NCBI GenBank assembly: GCA_907165135.1
Contig: OU015568.1
Span: 15,945,208-16,009,207, forward strand
Source: Oikopleura dioica
Taxonomy: Eukaryota > Animalia > Chordata
Reading direction: 5' to 3'
Length of the DNA: 64,000 nucleotides
Of this stretch, positions 54,401 to 64,000 are shown piece by piece. How positions within the stretch are numbered: position 1 is the first letter of the stretch; every line of letters starts with the position of its first letter. The position numbers and the translations under genes are program-made. Under the pieces are notes generated by a model. It did not search any database and was not told where the DNA came from. It was given only the letters and a program-made list of their open reading frames with translations.

Positions 54401-57400
54401 CTCTAACAAACCAGCTGCGTCCCATTTCTCTCCAATTGGCCTACAATTGATCCATAAAATCGGCGGCTTCTAAGTACAGTGGTTACCCATCTTAAGAGGC
54501 CCTAACTTAAGAGGACTTTTGCGTCAATTTGGCTAATTTTGTCATCCTAAAAAGTTCCAACTTAAGAGGACTTTCTTGATGATTTTTATTAAATTTCGGG
54601 AAATATCTTGGCAAACAGTGAGTCATTAAGCATTTTTTTTTACAGTAAAGAAACTCGAAATCTTTGACTGCTTTTCTGGCCATTTTGAAGACGATGGCTT
54701 TGCAATGTCGGCTTCATCTGAACCTGGAATTTGAGGTTCTTCCTCAATATCCATCGGGGTCGCAGCTTGTGTATCATCGATCTGAAGCGCCAGGAAATGC
54801 TCGATCAATTCTTCTTCGTCTTCTTTCTCCAAGATACTTTCGAAAACGTCCAAGCCCTCGACGTCTTCAACATTCTCCTCGTATTCTTCTTCTTTAATCA
54901 GTCCAGTATTGATCCAATTTCGCTTGAAGATTGCTGGATTCATGTAAGTGAAGATTTCGTTGGCTTTTCTCACGAGCTCTTCCTCTGTGATATTAAGATG
55001 ATCGTGATCGACGATAAAATCATCGAGGTAGTAGCAGATTTTTAAATTGTGGAAGAAGCTTGTAAGCCGGACAGTTATCGATATACATCAAATAACGCTG
55101 CGATGGATTTTTTTCTTTCAAAAACGCCGAAAGACGAGTCAGCTCCAGAATAAATATCGCTCTTGTACACCAGGCGGAGGAATTCCAGTATAGTCGAAAA
55201 TCTTAAAATTAACTTCAGTAATGCTGCTTAGCTTCGACATTAGTGAGAAAAGAATTTTAAAATATGTATTCCTAAATTGACTCGAAATGTTCCAACTTAA
55301 GAGGACTTTCTCTCAGCCCTTGTCATCTCAAAAGGCCTCTTAAGATGGATACCAACTGTAAACAGCTGATTCGGGGCGGGTGTTTTTAGGTCGGGTTTCC
55401 TCAATAAAGCTAACGCGTCGGTCAGCCTTTTTCTTTACTTGTTTCTTGTCCCCTTGGGTAGGCCGAACATTTTTACGAGTCCGGCAAAAATAGAATAAGG
55501 CGGAATAAAAGAAGCCACTAAGTTTAATTTTCATTAATCCTAGAGCAAGTAACAAGGCTAATAGTGACGCGAGCATTATAATTAGAAGGGTCGGAACTTC
55601 TTTGCGGCCGATAGACAGTTTATCGTCCGATGCTGACAACTCACTTAGTGAGTCGTTTAGCGCGAGAAGCGAAAGCGCAGGGCGAGAACGCGAAAGGTTG
55701 AGCTCAGTAGAAATAAAAGTCGGTTGCACTATGGAAGAGGTATAGCTCCTTTCCCCTCCTAAAGGAACGGTGACCGATAGACCCGAATTTGTGCAAGTAA
55801 GCAGACCTTCTTGGGATACTAAAATTGTGGCCTTATTAAATTCCGTAAAATTAGGATTGTCCTCCTTAGTCATAAAATTTCCTTCATTTATAGCGACCAT
55901 GAAATGGTCGCCTAATTGCTCGATATTACAAAAAGTTGGAGGTGGTAACTCAATTTTCTCGCAATAGTCTGAAGTACCATTCAAAAGGTTGAGGAGGCAA
56001 TTATTGTTCCGAATCTCGAGACTATTAAATGGGCAAAATTTGTTACTACAAGGTTGATGAATAGAAAATATTTGATCATCATTCAAAAGCGCGAAGGGTG
56101 GGAGAACAAGTTTGAAGAACTTGTCTTTCTCGAAAAATCCCAAATTAACTACTTTAATTAGCCGCGAGTTTTTGAGCGCTGCTAGTTCCTTCGGGACTAG
56201 GAGGTTTATTTTCACAGCCACGAGCCGCTTTTCGTAATCATAGCTTGAATCAATATAAGAAAATTGAAAAAGTTGATCAGCCAGAGAGCGATGGCAAAAT
56301 TCGGCTGAATTATCTAATTCGAGACATATATTAAATAGCTCATTATGAAATTCGGCAGTACGAGGCCAGCTACCAGTACTTAGGCTAAGGACCTCGGACT
56401 CGATTCGGTCTAGTGAGCGTGTAATGTGATTTAAAATCTTTTCAGTCGTTAAAAGTGAGCATGTTTCTGAGCGTAAGTTATCTATCTCACTTATTAAGTG
56501 ATTACGGGAAGACAAAAATTCCTCTTTAAGTGTATCATAACTTCGCGAAAGTCGGTCGACTGAGGATTTTAATTTGTTGTCACTCCAAGTTTCGAAAATT
56601 GCACCGAGAAATGGCACTGCGTTAGATAAAGTATTAGTAGCGAGATTTTGTACAAAAGATGTTGTAAAAGCAGATTTAAGATCATTGGAAAAAGAGCGTT
56701 TAGCGAGGACATTAGGGCTTGTTAAAAATAGGCTATGTAGCTTACGGTGGAAAAGTAGTTCAGCTGCGGCAATCGTCTTCTTGGCGAGTTGGGGTTGGAG
56801 TAGCTTTTGATCGGTGTTTCTGATTTTGATGCAGTCGGAGTTCGTTATCGCGGCAACGATCTGGTCATCGGAAGTGAAATGGTGGGATCGAACGTAGGTC
56901 ACGGGTACATGGTTCGCGGTTATATCTCGGAGGCCAAGAGGCTCTATTCCAATACCGATTTTATCGTAAAAGCTCTGCGTTGAAATCGGGAGGAAAATGT
57001 TGAAGAAAAGCAACGTTTTCAGAGTCATTTTCGAGCTCGTTTGACTCTTCTGGCTGGGCGTCGTCGCTTATGTCCGGCTCCGGCGCGGTTGGCTGGTCAG
57101 GGATCGGCCTGAGTAACCTCAGATGTCGTGTATAGGTGACACCTGATTGGGGGTCCTTAATCACGTAGCTTGTCGGGGAGTAATTTCGGACGATGACGAA
57201 TGGGCCCGCCCATTGCCGGGACAATTTTCCTTCGCGTATGTCTGGTTTGAACATCAGGACTTTTGAACCGCGTTTAAGTTCAATTTTCTTGTTTTTGTCC
57301 TTTTTCAAGCCGGCTTCATATCGCTCATAGTTCAATTTAAGGAGCGCAGGGTGAAGCTCGGAGATGTAGGTGTTGAGAGCTTTGATAAATCCTTCAGGAT

Positions 57401-60400
57401 TTTCATCGGGTTGAGAATGGCGAATGTCAACAAGGGGTGCGAACATGCTCCTGCCGAAAAGGCATTCGGAGGGAGAAAGCCCGTCCAAGTTGACTTTGGG
57501 GAGGTTATTGATTGTAAAGCGGACATAAGGCCAGAGGTCGCTCCACTGTTTTCGTTTTGCGTTGAGGATCTTCATTTTTGAAGTGATTTCGCGGTGTTGG
57601 CGTTCCAATTTGCCATTGCTTCGGCTATTGTAAGCACTGGTTCGATTGAGCTGGATATATATATCAACACCGATTGAAAAAGTGGGCCAAACTCTCGGCC
57701 ATTGTCGGCGAGCAGTCGACCAGTGATCCCATGGCGGAGTATTAGTTCCGTCATTGCTTGGGCAACAAGTCGGTCTGATTTCGAGCTAAGCGGAATTCCA
57801 TCGACGAATGAAGTTAGGTGGCAAATCGTTGTTAACAAATAACGTTTGTTGTTTGAGCACGTGCCGCCAAGGTCGTAAAGATCAACAGCTGTGAATTGGA
57901 ACGGCGTTTCTGGAAAATGTCGTTTTTCAATCATCGCAGGTCGTAAAGCCGGTTGAACTTTTGATCGGAGGCATTCAATGCAGCGGCGGTTGACAGCGGC
58001 GGTTTTTTCTTTCAAGTTGGGGATGTAAACTTGTTTTGCCACAAGGGTCATCAGCGCGAAGGTGCCAGGATGACCATACAGTGAATGAGCATAAGAGATA
58101 AACTCACTTCCGTATGGTTCAACTAGCACAGGTCGATTGTTGGACCTTTCTTTTGAGTAAAGGACTTCATTTATGATGGCGAATTTCGGCGTCATTTTGT
58201 TTATGATGCCATTTTGTAGCTTGTGGATCATATTTCTACACCAAGAGTCTTCTCGTTGTAAATCAGAAAGTTGTTGATTGGAAAGGGAGACTTCGCCAAA
58301 GTTGATAATCGTATTTGGGTCAGTTTCAGGTCGAGTAGCTTTAGGGCCACCCAACAAGGTACGGAGGTACATGTCGCGGTGAGTGTCCTTGTTATTGAGT
58401 GATTCGTCATTTGGGAAGTGGAGCATTGAAAACACGCGGTCAGGAATTTCCGTGCTTTTCAATTCTTTTTCCATTTGAATGAAGGATGAGACAGGGAGCC
58501 GGGATAGGTAGTCAGCGGTGAACATCACAGGGTCGGAACCAGGAGCATGCTTTATTTGAAAATCGAATTCGTTCAAATAGTACATGATATTCGTGAGTCG
58601 TAAATCGAGCTTTTTGCGTAGATGTTCTCGATACAGGAACGTCAATGATTTATGATCGCTGATGATCGTAAATTTTCTACCGATAAGGTAGAATTCGAAA
58701 TGTTTGATCCCGGACGCGAGGGCAATGAGTTCTCGTTGGCGGGTCGGGCGTCTGAGATCTGGTCCTTTCAGGGCTTTGGAGTGGTAGCCGATAACTTGCA
58801 TTTCGTCTCCATCCAATTGATACAGACAGCTTCCGATGCCCACGCCGCTCGCATCATTAGTTAAGAATAATGGCAGTCGAGGGTTGTGATGGTGAAGTTT
58901 GTCGATGCCGGAAATAGCAGCTTTGACCTCGTTGAATGCTTCCTCCGCTGAGTCGGGCCAATGAAAGCGTTCGTACTCCTTTGAGAGGAGGCGATGTAAA
59001 GGCGCCATTTTCGCAGAAAGGTGCGGGCAGTATTTGAGGTTATAGTTAACGCAGCCAAGAAAGCGTTTCAATGCGGTGCGGGAATCAGGGCGTGGAAACA
59101 TTTCGATGGACGTCAAATGTTTATCCAGCGGCCTCACACCTTGAAAGTCGATTTTGTGCCCGAGAAATTCGAGTTGATTGTCCATTAAAGAGACTTTCTT
59201 CGCGCTCAGGAGTAGTCCATGTTTGATGCACGTGTCGAATAAAAACTCGAGATTTTCCATGTGGGCTTCAAAGGAGTCATCAATTACGAGGAGATCATCC
59301 AAGTACAACAGAAATGAGTCGTTATCTCCAAAGAGCTCGGACATGACTCGACTAAAGGCGGCAGGGGCAGTTGACACACCATAAAGCATTCTGTTCGATT
59401 GATAATGCTTCTTGTTGTGCGAGAAAGCCAATTTATGAGCGTCTTTTTCAGCTAATCTTAGTTGCCAATAGCCCCGATGGAAATCGAATTGGCTAATAAA
59501 ACACTCATTGCTTCCGGTCAATTTTTCTCCAATACGGCTAAACGTTTCGGACATGTGGGGCAACGGAAAACGGTCGGGTTTGAGCTTCGAGTTCAGATTT
59601 CGGGCATCCAAGGAGATCCGTATGCTTCCGTCCGGTTTTCGGAGTATCAGGAGCGGAATATTGTTTCCGGATTGGGTCGGTCCTATCATTCCAAGGCTTT
59701 TCCAATTGTCAAATTGACTATCCACTTTGTCTTTTAGACCATAGGGGACTGGTCGTGGAGGCAAGTAGCTGGTTTCGGATTCGTCTTGCATTTCAAGTGT
59801 GTACCGGAAGTAGCCACATTTGCCTAAATCATCCGAGCTCATGTTGAAAGCAAGACGATACGCTTGAGTTAGTTCTTTGGCTTCAGCCAGTCGTTCACCC
59901 TCAAGCGCGCCATATGACTTAATTGGCGGTTCGAAACCTATTCGTTCAGCTTGAGCGGCGCGTCGTGCTTGAAATTCTTCAATTTCCGCGGCTTCTGTCT
60001 CGAGGTCAGCCACTTTGATGATGCCATTGAGGTATTCACAGTTGATGGCTTCAGCTTTGCAAACTGGTTTCCGGCGGGAAAGGGTGATTCTTCGATGAGT
60101 CGAATTTTTACGATCGCAAAGATTTCGGACGAGTTTTTCTGCACACTCGATTGCACTTGGAGGCCATGTAATGGGTCCTTTAGCGGTTCAATTACAATTT
60201 CCGGAGCTAACAACTTTCCATTTGGACGGAGAGGAATACGCTTCACTGAGTACGGTTCAAGAATTGTATTTTCAGACGGGTAACACGGGACAGAAAAGTT
60301 GTTTCGGTTGACGGTTGGGAGAGAGTGTCCATTGATGACAACAGTGTTCGAGTTTTCAGGAATTGTAAGAGAGCGGATGATGTCCATTCCGATGATCAAA

Positions 60401-62852
60401 GGCGAGGAGAGGTTTTCGATAACGACGGCGTTAGTAGAGCATGAAAAGTTTTTGGCGAGAAGAATGTCGAGGTCGACAGTAGAAGTTGAGTTCATTTCTT
60501 GGGAGTTAGCGGCGATGATTTTTGATTTACACGGATGGGTGACGCAGTTTTGGAGAAGCGCGTGTCCCGCTTGGACACAGGTTTTTGAGCAGCCAGAATC
60601 AATCAACGCGGGAATATATACATTGTTGATTTTTGCGCGGACGAATTTGAGAGATGATGGAGCGTTGAAAGCATACTGGCAGTAGAATGTTTGAATAGTT
60701 TCTGTATCAGCTTCAGAAGCGCTGCAGCTGATTTCGCATCCTCATTCGGACTTTTGGAAGTGCTTCGCAACTTCTTCCGGGGGCGAACCGTGATTCCAGT
60801 TGCAGTTGCTTCGGTTGCAATTTCCTTTGCGAAGTTTGAGGAGGCAGTACCCAGCAGCTTTTTGAGCATCTAGAATGTTTTGCTCTTTCTGCTTGCTGTG
60901 TTGTTTGTTTCCGTTTGAAGTAGCAGCTGGCTTCTCGGCCAATGTTTTCATGATTGAGTTCATTTGATTCGCGTTCTGCTCCATTAGTTTCATCATCATA
61001 TTGATGACAGAGTCGAATTTGTCGTCTGATTTCGCAGGTTGGGGAGCAGGAGTCGGAGCAGGAGTTCGACCGTGACGATGAGAAATAGCCATTACTTCGA
61101 ATGGGTTACTTGAGCTGGGAAATCCAAGAGCTCTTTCAATCGTGGCGGCTCGCTCAACGATATTGGAGAAATTGAGATTGTGCTCTTCCATTTCCAGGGC
61201 AGTGCGAAGTGAGCCTTCGAGGCCTTGAATGAATGTGGTGACAATGTGTTCGCGGTCATTTTCTGACAGCACGGCTTGTTTATTGTAGGCGCGGCGATAG
61301 GCTTGAGTGAGCGACGCAAAGGCAACTCCGATTCGTTCACCACTTTGTCGTCGAAAGTTGCGGAACTTCGCTTTGTAGTAGTTTCGGTCGAATCCAATCG
61401 TCGAGATGATTTTACGCTTGAAGAGAGTCCAGTCAGATTCTTCGTGCGGTTCAAGTGTAGATTGAGCGGAAAGACCAATGCTTGAGTTCATCAGGCCAGC
61501 TTTTGCGAGCTGTATCCAAGTTTCTTCATTGTCGATGTTGTTTGCTTTGGCGTAGTTTTCCACGGCGACCAGGAAATTTTCAGCGCCAAGGTTTTCATCA
61601 TACTTCAGTTTTTGCTGAAATTTGTATGAGCCATGTGCTGATTTCTTTTCCATTGCAAGGGCTATTCGTTCCAGGCGATTGACTGTGTGCGGGAGATCAG
61701 ATCCAATTTTGGAGGAGGCGGCGTGATTATCATTGTAGTTGTACGAGTGGGCGGAGCGATTTGAAGTTGTGTCCAGGGGCGGCAGGGTGTTGTGAAAGTT
61801 TTGCGCATCCGGTGAGTTGTGATGACTTTGCTTTGGCGGTGAATCTTGAGCTTCAAAGTCTGTCGGGTCGAGGGCACTTGCGTTGTCATCATCGTTGACA
61901 ACTCTGTTTTGTTCTAGTTCCTGTAATAAACGTACGGTATCATTCATAAAACGAGGAGCGACTAGAACAAGTTCATATTGTTGTTCAGGATCGTCGATTC
62001 TGTTTTTGAGGAGAGTCACTTGACCGTTTCGGCGTTCAAAGAAGAAGCGGCGGTCTGTGTTCGACAGCATGTCGGGAATCGATTCATTGAGCAGGAGTAG
62101 CACGGTGTCTTTCGTCATTCCATTCGGCACGAAGTTTTTGTATCTCTTGCAGATTAGGTAGAGTTCGAATTTGTCCAGGTGCTCGACGGTTTTGGAGTAT
62201 TTATCTGGTTGAGCGGTCATCTTCGGGGGAATTTCGGGGGGTGTTTGGGTCATATACGTAGGTTCGGGGGTAGATTAGGTGTTACTTCAGGCACCAAATT
62301 ATGTTGGTGACTTGCTATCTGCGAATAAGGAGACTTGGGACAAAAGGGTCTCTTGAATAGTTCGTTTATTGGCGTATGGCGAACTGAAGTAGCAGAATGT
62401 GATTTGGGAGCGGTTAAATACGGAAAAGGAGTGAGTCATGTGTAACGAGGCGGGAAAGTGGGAATGTACGGGAAGTGTTACATGTCAGTAATGATGGATC
62501 AGGCAATAAACAAGATAGGCAAGACACTACAACGTGAGTTTGAAAAGAATTAATTGATTAATTACCTCTTTCATCTTAGGCACCGGTTGCGTATCCCAGA
62601 ACGCCCACATTGTCTTGGGCATTTCGACGCCTTGACTCTTTGCTAAGTTGAGCATTTGGAGCTGTTGGGAGAGGAATGCCTGCCGAGCGTCCGGAGTTCC
62701 TAGATCCGGTGGAGTGGCTCCGCTCGCCGCCGCTAAAAATCAATACTCAACCCATCAAGAGTTCGAGATAATAGATCACCTTTTTCTTTCGCTTCCGCGG
62801 CTAACTTCGCAACCTGGGCGGCGATATCTGCATCCGATTGACCGTTTGTCAT
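51441..62852 (-). CDS. NMT: N-myristoyltransferase; intron 52790-62565 contains element B
   Basis: [21 protein letters not shown]...EPYSLP joins in frame across the element. [47 protein letters not shown]. Confidence 0.96.
52807..53036 (-). repeat. 3' LTR of element B
   Basis: Identical by eye to 62302-62531; PPT adjacent. Confidence 0.97.
53037..53050 (-). promoter_or_regulatory. Polypurine tract of element B (GAAGGGAGGGATTA)
   Basis: Purine run immediately before the 3' LTR on the minus strand. Confidence 0.85.
53100..53360 (+). promoter_or_regulatory. Putative promoter for the antisense gene
   Basis: Clustered AGATA, CAGATG and CAATC/GATTG motifs, GCCAAT at 53319, TATAAAAA at 53350, about 55 nt before ATG 53412. 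Confidence 0.45.
53412..53976 (+). CDS. Spliced antisense accessory gene inside element B: exons 53412-53592 and 53705-53976, 150-aa basic protein
   Basis: GTAAGT donor at 53593 and TTTTAG acceptor at 53704 join two ORFs in frame (453 nt). TATAAAAA at 53350. AATAAA at 54081 and downstream. Confidence 0.65.
54477..55358 (-). mobile_element. Internally deleted pogo/Tigger-like (Tc1/mariner superfamily) DNA transposon, 882 bp, nested in the env 3' end
   Basis: 25-bp TIRs CAGTGGTTACCCATCTTAAGAGGCC and CAGTTGGTATCCATCTTAAGAGGCC (22/25 match). TA duplication at 54475-54476 and 55359-55360. Subterminal AACTTAAGAGGACTTT repeats. Transposase remnants [13 protein letters not shown]...[10 protein letters not shown] and RNWINTGL...KQSKISSFF. 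Confidence 0.9.
55340..57028 (-). CDS. env: Env-like class I fusion glycoprotein (562 aa), overlapping the end of IN by 68 nt
   Basis: N-terminal signal peptide, AKR/SF candidate cleavage site, hydrophobic and heptad segments, Cys-rich region, N-glycosylation sequons, TM helix [19 protein letters not shown], basic tail. Confidence 0.88.
   Translation of the reverse strand: MTLKTLLFFNIFLPISTQSFYDKIGIGIEPLGLRDITANHVPVTYVRSHHFTSDDQIVAAITNSDCIKIRNTDQKLLQPQLAKKTIAAAELLFHRKLHSLFLTSPNVLAKRSFSNDLKSAFTTSFVQNLATNTLSNAVPFLGAIFETWSDNKLKSSVDRLSRSYDTLKEEFLSSRNHLISEIDNLRSETCSLLTTEKILNHITRSLDRIESEVLSLSTGSWPRTAEFHNELFNICLELDNSAEFCHRSLADQLFQFSYIDSSYDYEKRLVAVKINLLVPKELAALKNSRLIKVVNLGFFEKDKFFKLVLPPFALLNDDQIFSIHQPCSNKFCPFNSLEIRNNNCLLNLLNGTSDYCEKIELPPPTFCNIEQLGDHFMVAINEGNFMTKEDNPNFTEFNKATILVSQEGLLTCTNSGLSVTVPLGGERSYTSSIVQPTFISTELNLSRSRPALSLLALNDSLSELSASDDKLSIGRKEVPTLLIIMLASLLALLLALGLMKIKLSGFFYSALFYFCRTRKNVRPTQGDKKQVKKKADRRVSFIEETRPKNTRPESAVYSWYPS
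56961..60741 (-). CDS. pol: Pol of element B, in frame with gag after UGA; -1 frame breaks at about 60107 (A5 run) and about 57660 ((AT)5)
   Basis: ALIDSGC protease; [20 protein letters not shown] and YLDD (RT); NDASG, ELIAL and SDHKSL (RNase H); HPG...[16 protein letters not shown] and SNGKLER (integrase). Confidence 0.93.
60742..62253 (-). CDS. gag: Gag of element B (503 aa) with a C-terminal CCCH-type finger
   Basis: Capsid-like [11 protein letters not shown]...W...FRQ..GE....FA..L...Y..AY; C-x8-C-x4-C-x3-H near the C-terminus. Confidence 0.9.
   Translation of the reverse strand: MTQTPPEIPPKMTAQPDKYSKTVEHLDKFELYLICKRYKNFVPNGMTKDTVLLLLNESIPDMLSNTDRRFFFERRNGQVTLLKNRIDDPEQQYELVLVAPRFMNDTVRLLQELEQNRVVNDDDNASALDPTDFEAQDSPPKQSHHNSPDAQNFHNTLPPLDTTSNRSAHSYNYNDNHAASSKIGSDLPHTVNRLERIALAMEKKSAHGSYKFQQKLKYDENLGAENFLVAVENYAKANNIDNEETWIQLAKAGLMNSSIGLSAQSTLEPHEESDWTLFKRKIISTIGFDRNYYKAKFRNFRRQSGERIGVAFASLTQAYRRAYNKQAVLSENDREHIVTTFIQGLEGSLRTALEMEEHNLNFSNIVERAATIERALGFPSSSNPFEVMAISHRHGRTPAPTPAPQPAKSDDKFDSVINMMMKLMEQNANQMNSIMKTLAEKPAATSNGNKQHSKQKEQNILDAQKAAGYCLLKLRKGNCNRSNCNWNHGSPPEEVAKHFQKSE
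62281..62296 (-). promoter_or_regulatory. Primer-binding site of element B (TGGTGCCTGAAGTAAC); tRNA not identified
   Basis: Begins with TGG, 5 nt after the 5' LTR. Confidence 0.7.
62302..62531 (-). repeat. 5' LTR of element B
   Basis: Identical by eye to 52807-53036; PBS adjacent. Confidence 0.97.
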
Positions 62853-62892
62853 TCTTAAAGCGGTAATATTAGATGATGAAGTGGAAGTTCAG

Positions 62893-63938
62893 TCAATTCA
62901 CTTGGCGTATATTCAAATTAATGCGCGCTTGCTTTAGATATTCTAACACAGCTGGATTCTCGACTACAGTCAGCTTATTTTCATAATTCTCGTTGAGTTT
63001 TACTGCTCGTTCAAGGTCAAGAACGCGTGGCACAGCATGAAGAGCTTGACGGTCCTTCCCATCCATTATAAAGACATCGCCGTGCTCTTGAAAAAAATTT
63101 TGTAAGAAAAAGAACGATGAATAAATTATTCAGAATAATCCAACTTACCGAGGAGTATCTCATGGCAGGGGTCTTCGCGTGTCCCTTTCCCAAGAAGAAA
63201 CACAGCCGGAAGGCCAAGACTGACGGAAACAATAGGATGGTGGCAATACTCCGAATCATCGCTATGAATGCCAATCGTACCAATATTTGCGGGGTAATAA
63301 TTACAGATCGAAGCTTCAGCATTCAACATCGGCGTGATTTGAAATGATTTCGAAATTTCCTCCGCCAGAGTTTTCAGTAATTCCGGAACACTTCCACGGC
63401 TTTCAGCTTCCTTGCCGTATTCTCTCGAGTCCCAATTATGATGATAGCCGAGAGTAGTCCATCTCAATGCCTTGAGGCCGCTTTTGGTAAGGTTTCTTTC
63501 TTCAATGAACTTGTCCAAATAAGGGCTGACATCTTGTCCCAGCTTTGACAAATTGGACTTTGCGTCGGATCGCCGGGGAAACTCAAAGAGCGCTGCTTTC
63601 GCCAGTTTCGCAATAAAGGCATCTGACAAATACTGTTTCGCGAGGAAAGCGCCGGAGGACATCTCATAAACCCTGTATTCTGCTTTGGAAATTGCGCTCG
63701 CGATCGATTCACGGGTACTTTACAAGGGGATATCAAAAGCAAAATGGTGTTAAAAAAGGAAAACGAGCATTTCATGGTGGCGGTTCAAGATCCCTGACAA
63801 AGTGAATCCGTTTTGTAAAGAGTGGAAGTCCGGTTCTTCTTTTTTCTGCTTGAAATAGCGGAAGCGCTCGCGAATAGACATTAATTTCTTTTTATTTTCC
63901 GCACAGTCATTTGATTCATTTTCATTCGTTCGTTTCAT
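62893..63938 (-). CDS. ALKBH1: AlkB homolog 1 dioxygenase
   Basis: LRWTTLGYHHNWD, AEASICNYY...IGIHSDDSE, PIVSVSLGLPAVFLLG, HGDVFIM...LHAVPRV, RINLNIRQV. Confidence 0.92.
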
Positions 63939-64000
63939 TCTACAGAAATGAATCGCTATTTCGTTTGGCGTTTTTAGTTTTTACACTGTCTCAGAGAAAT

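Larger units (their letters stand above)
52807..62531 (-). mobile_element. Element B: full-length env-bearing Ty3/gypsy (Tor-like) retrovirus-like element, 9725 bp
   Basis: 230-bp LTRs at 52807-53036 and 62302-62531, identical by eye, TG...CA ends. TSD ACGT at 52803-52806 and 62532-62535. PBS and PPT present. Order gag-PR-RT-RH-IN-env. Confidence 0.97.

Noticed and set aside
54180-54410. Self-cleaving ribozyme in the twin repeats
   Set aside because: No hammerhead CUGAUGA/GAAA core. The HDV-like GAAUGGG is in the wrong position and lacks the catalytic C.
60130-60145. G AAA AAC as a programmed -1 site between protease and RT of element B
   Set aside because: Imperfect heptamer. Protein plausibility places the switch about 30 nt further on, at the A5 run.

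Overview
Very compact eukaryotic genomic DNA, most likely the appendicularian tunicate Oikopleura dioica or a close relative. This is inferred from 39-50 nt introns, GA-AG introns, operon-like gene spacing and Tor-like LTR elements. About 20 host genes are present: a PHF7/G2E3-like PHD gene, cyclin D, EDF1, delta-tubulin, LC8, exportin-7, IQCK, POC5, PDCL3, NDR kinase, ADAT2, DMC1, LeuRS, DDX18, two unassigned genes, CASC3, a C3G-like RapGEF, NMT and ALKBH1. From 11 kb to the end nearly all lie on the minus strand. Two very young full-length Ty3/gypsy retrotransposons each sit in a host micro-intron, in sense orientation, 13-17 nt upstream of the 3' splice site. Element A (2254-10366, +) lacks env. 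It has a non-membrane third ORF running into the 3' LTR and an integrase tail with a ubiquitin-binding-like motif plus an Arg-rich end. Element B (52807-62531, -) has gag-UGA-pol, an F-like env whose tail was replaced by a nested pogo-type DNA transposon, and a spliced antisense accessory gene with its own TATA box. A 300-aa orphan gene is nested antisense in a LeuRS intron. Exon structures were assembled by eye, and several single-base frameshifts may be assembly errors.
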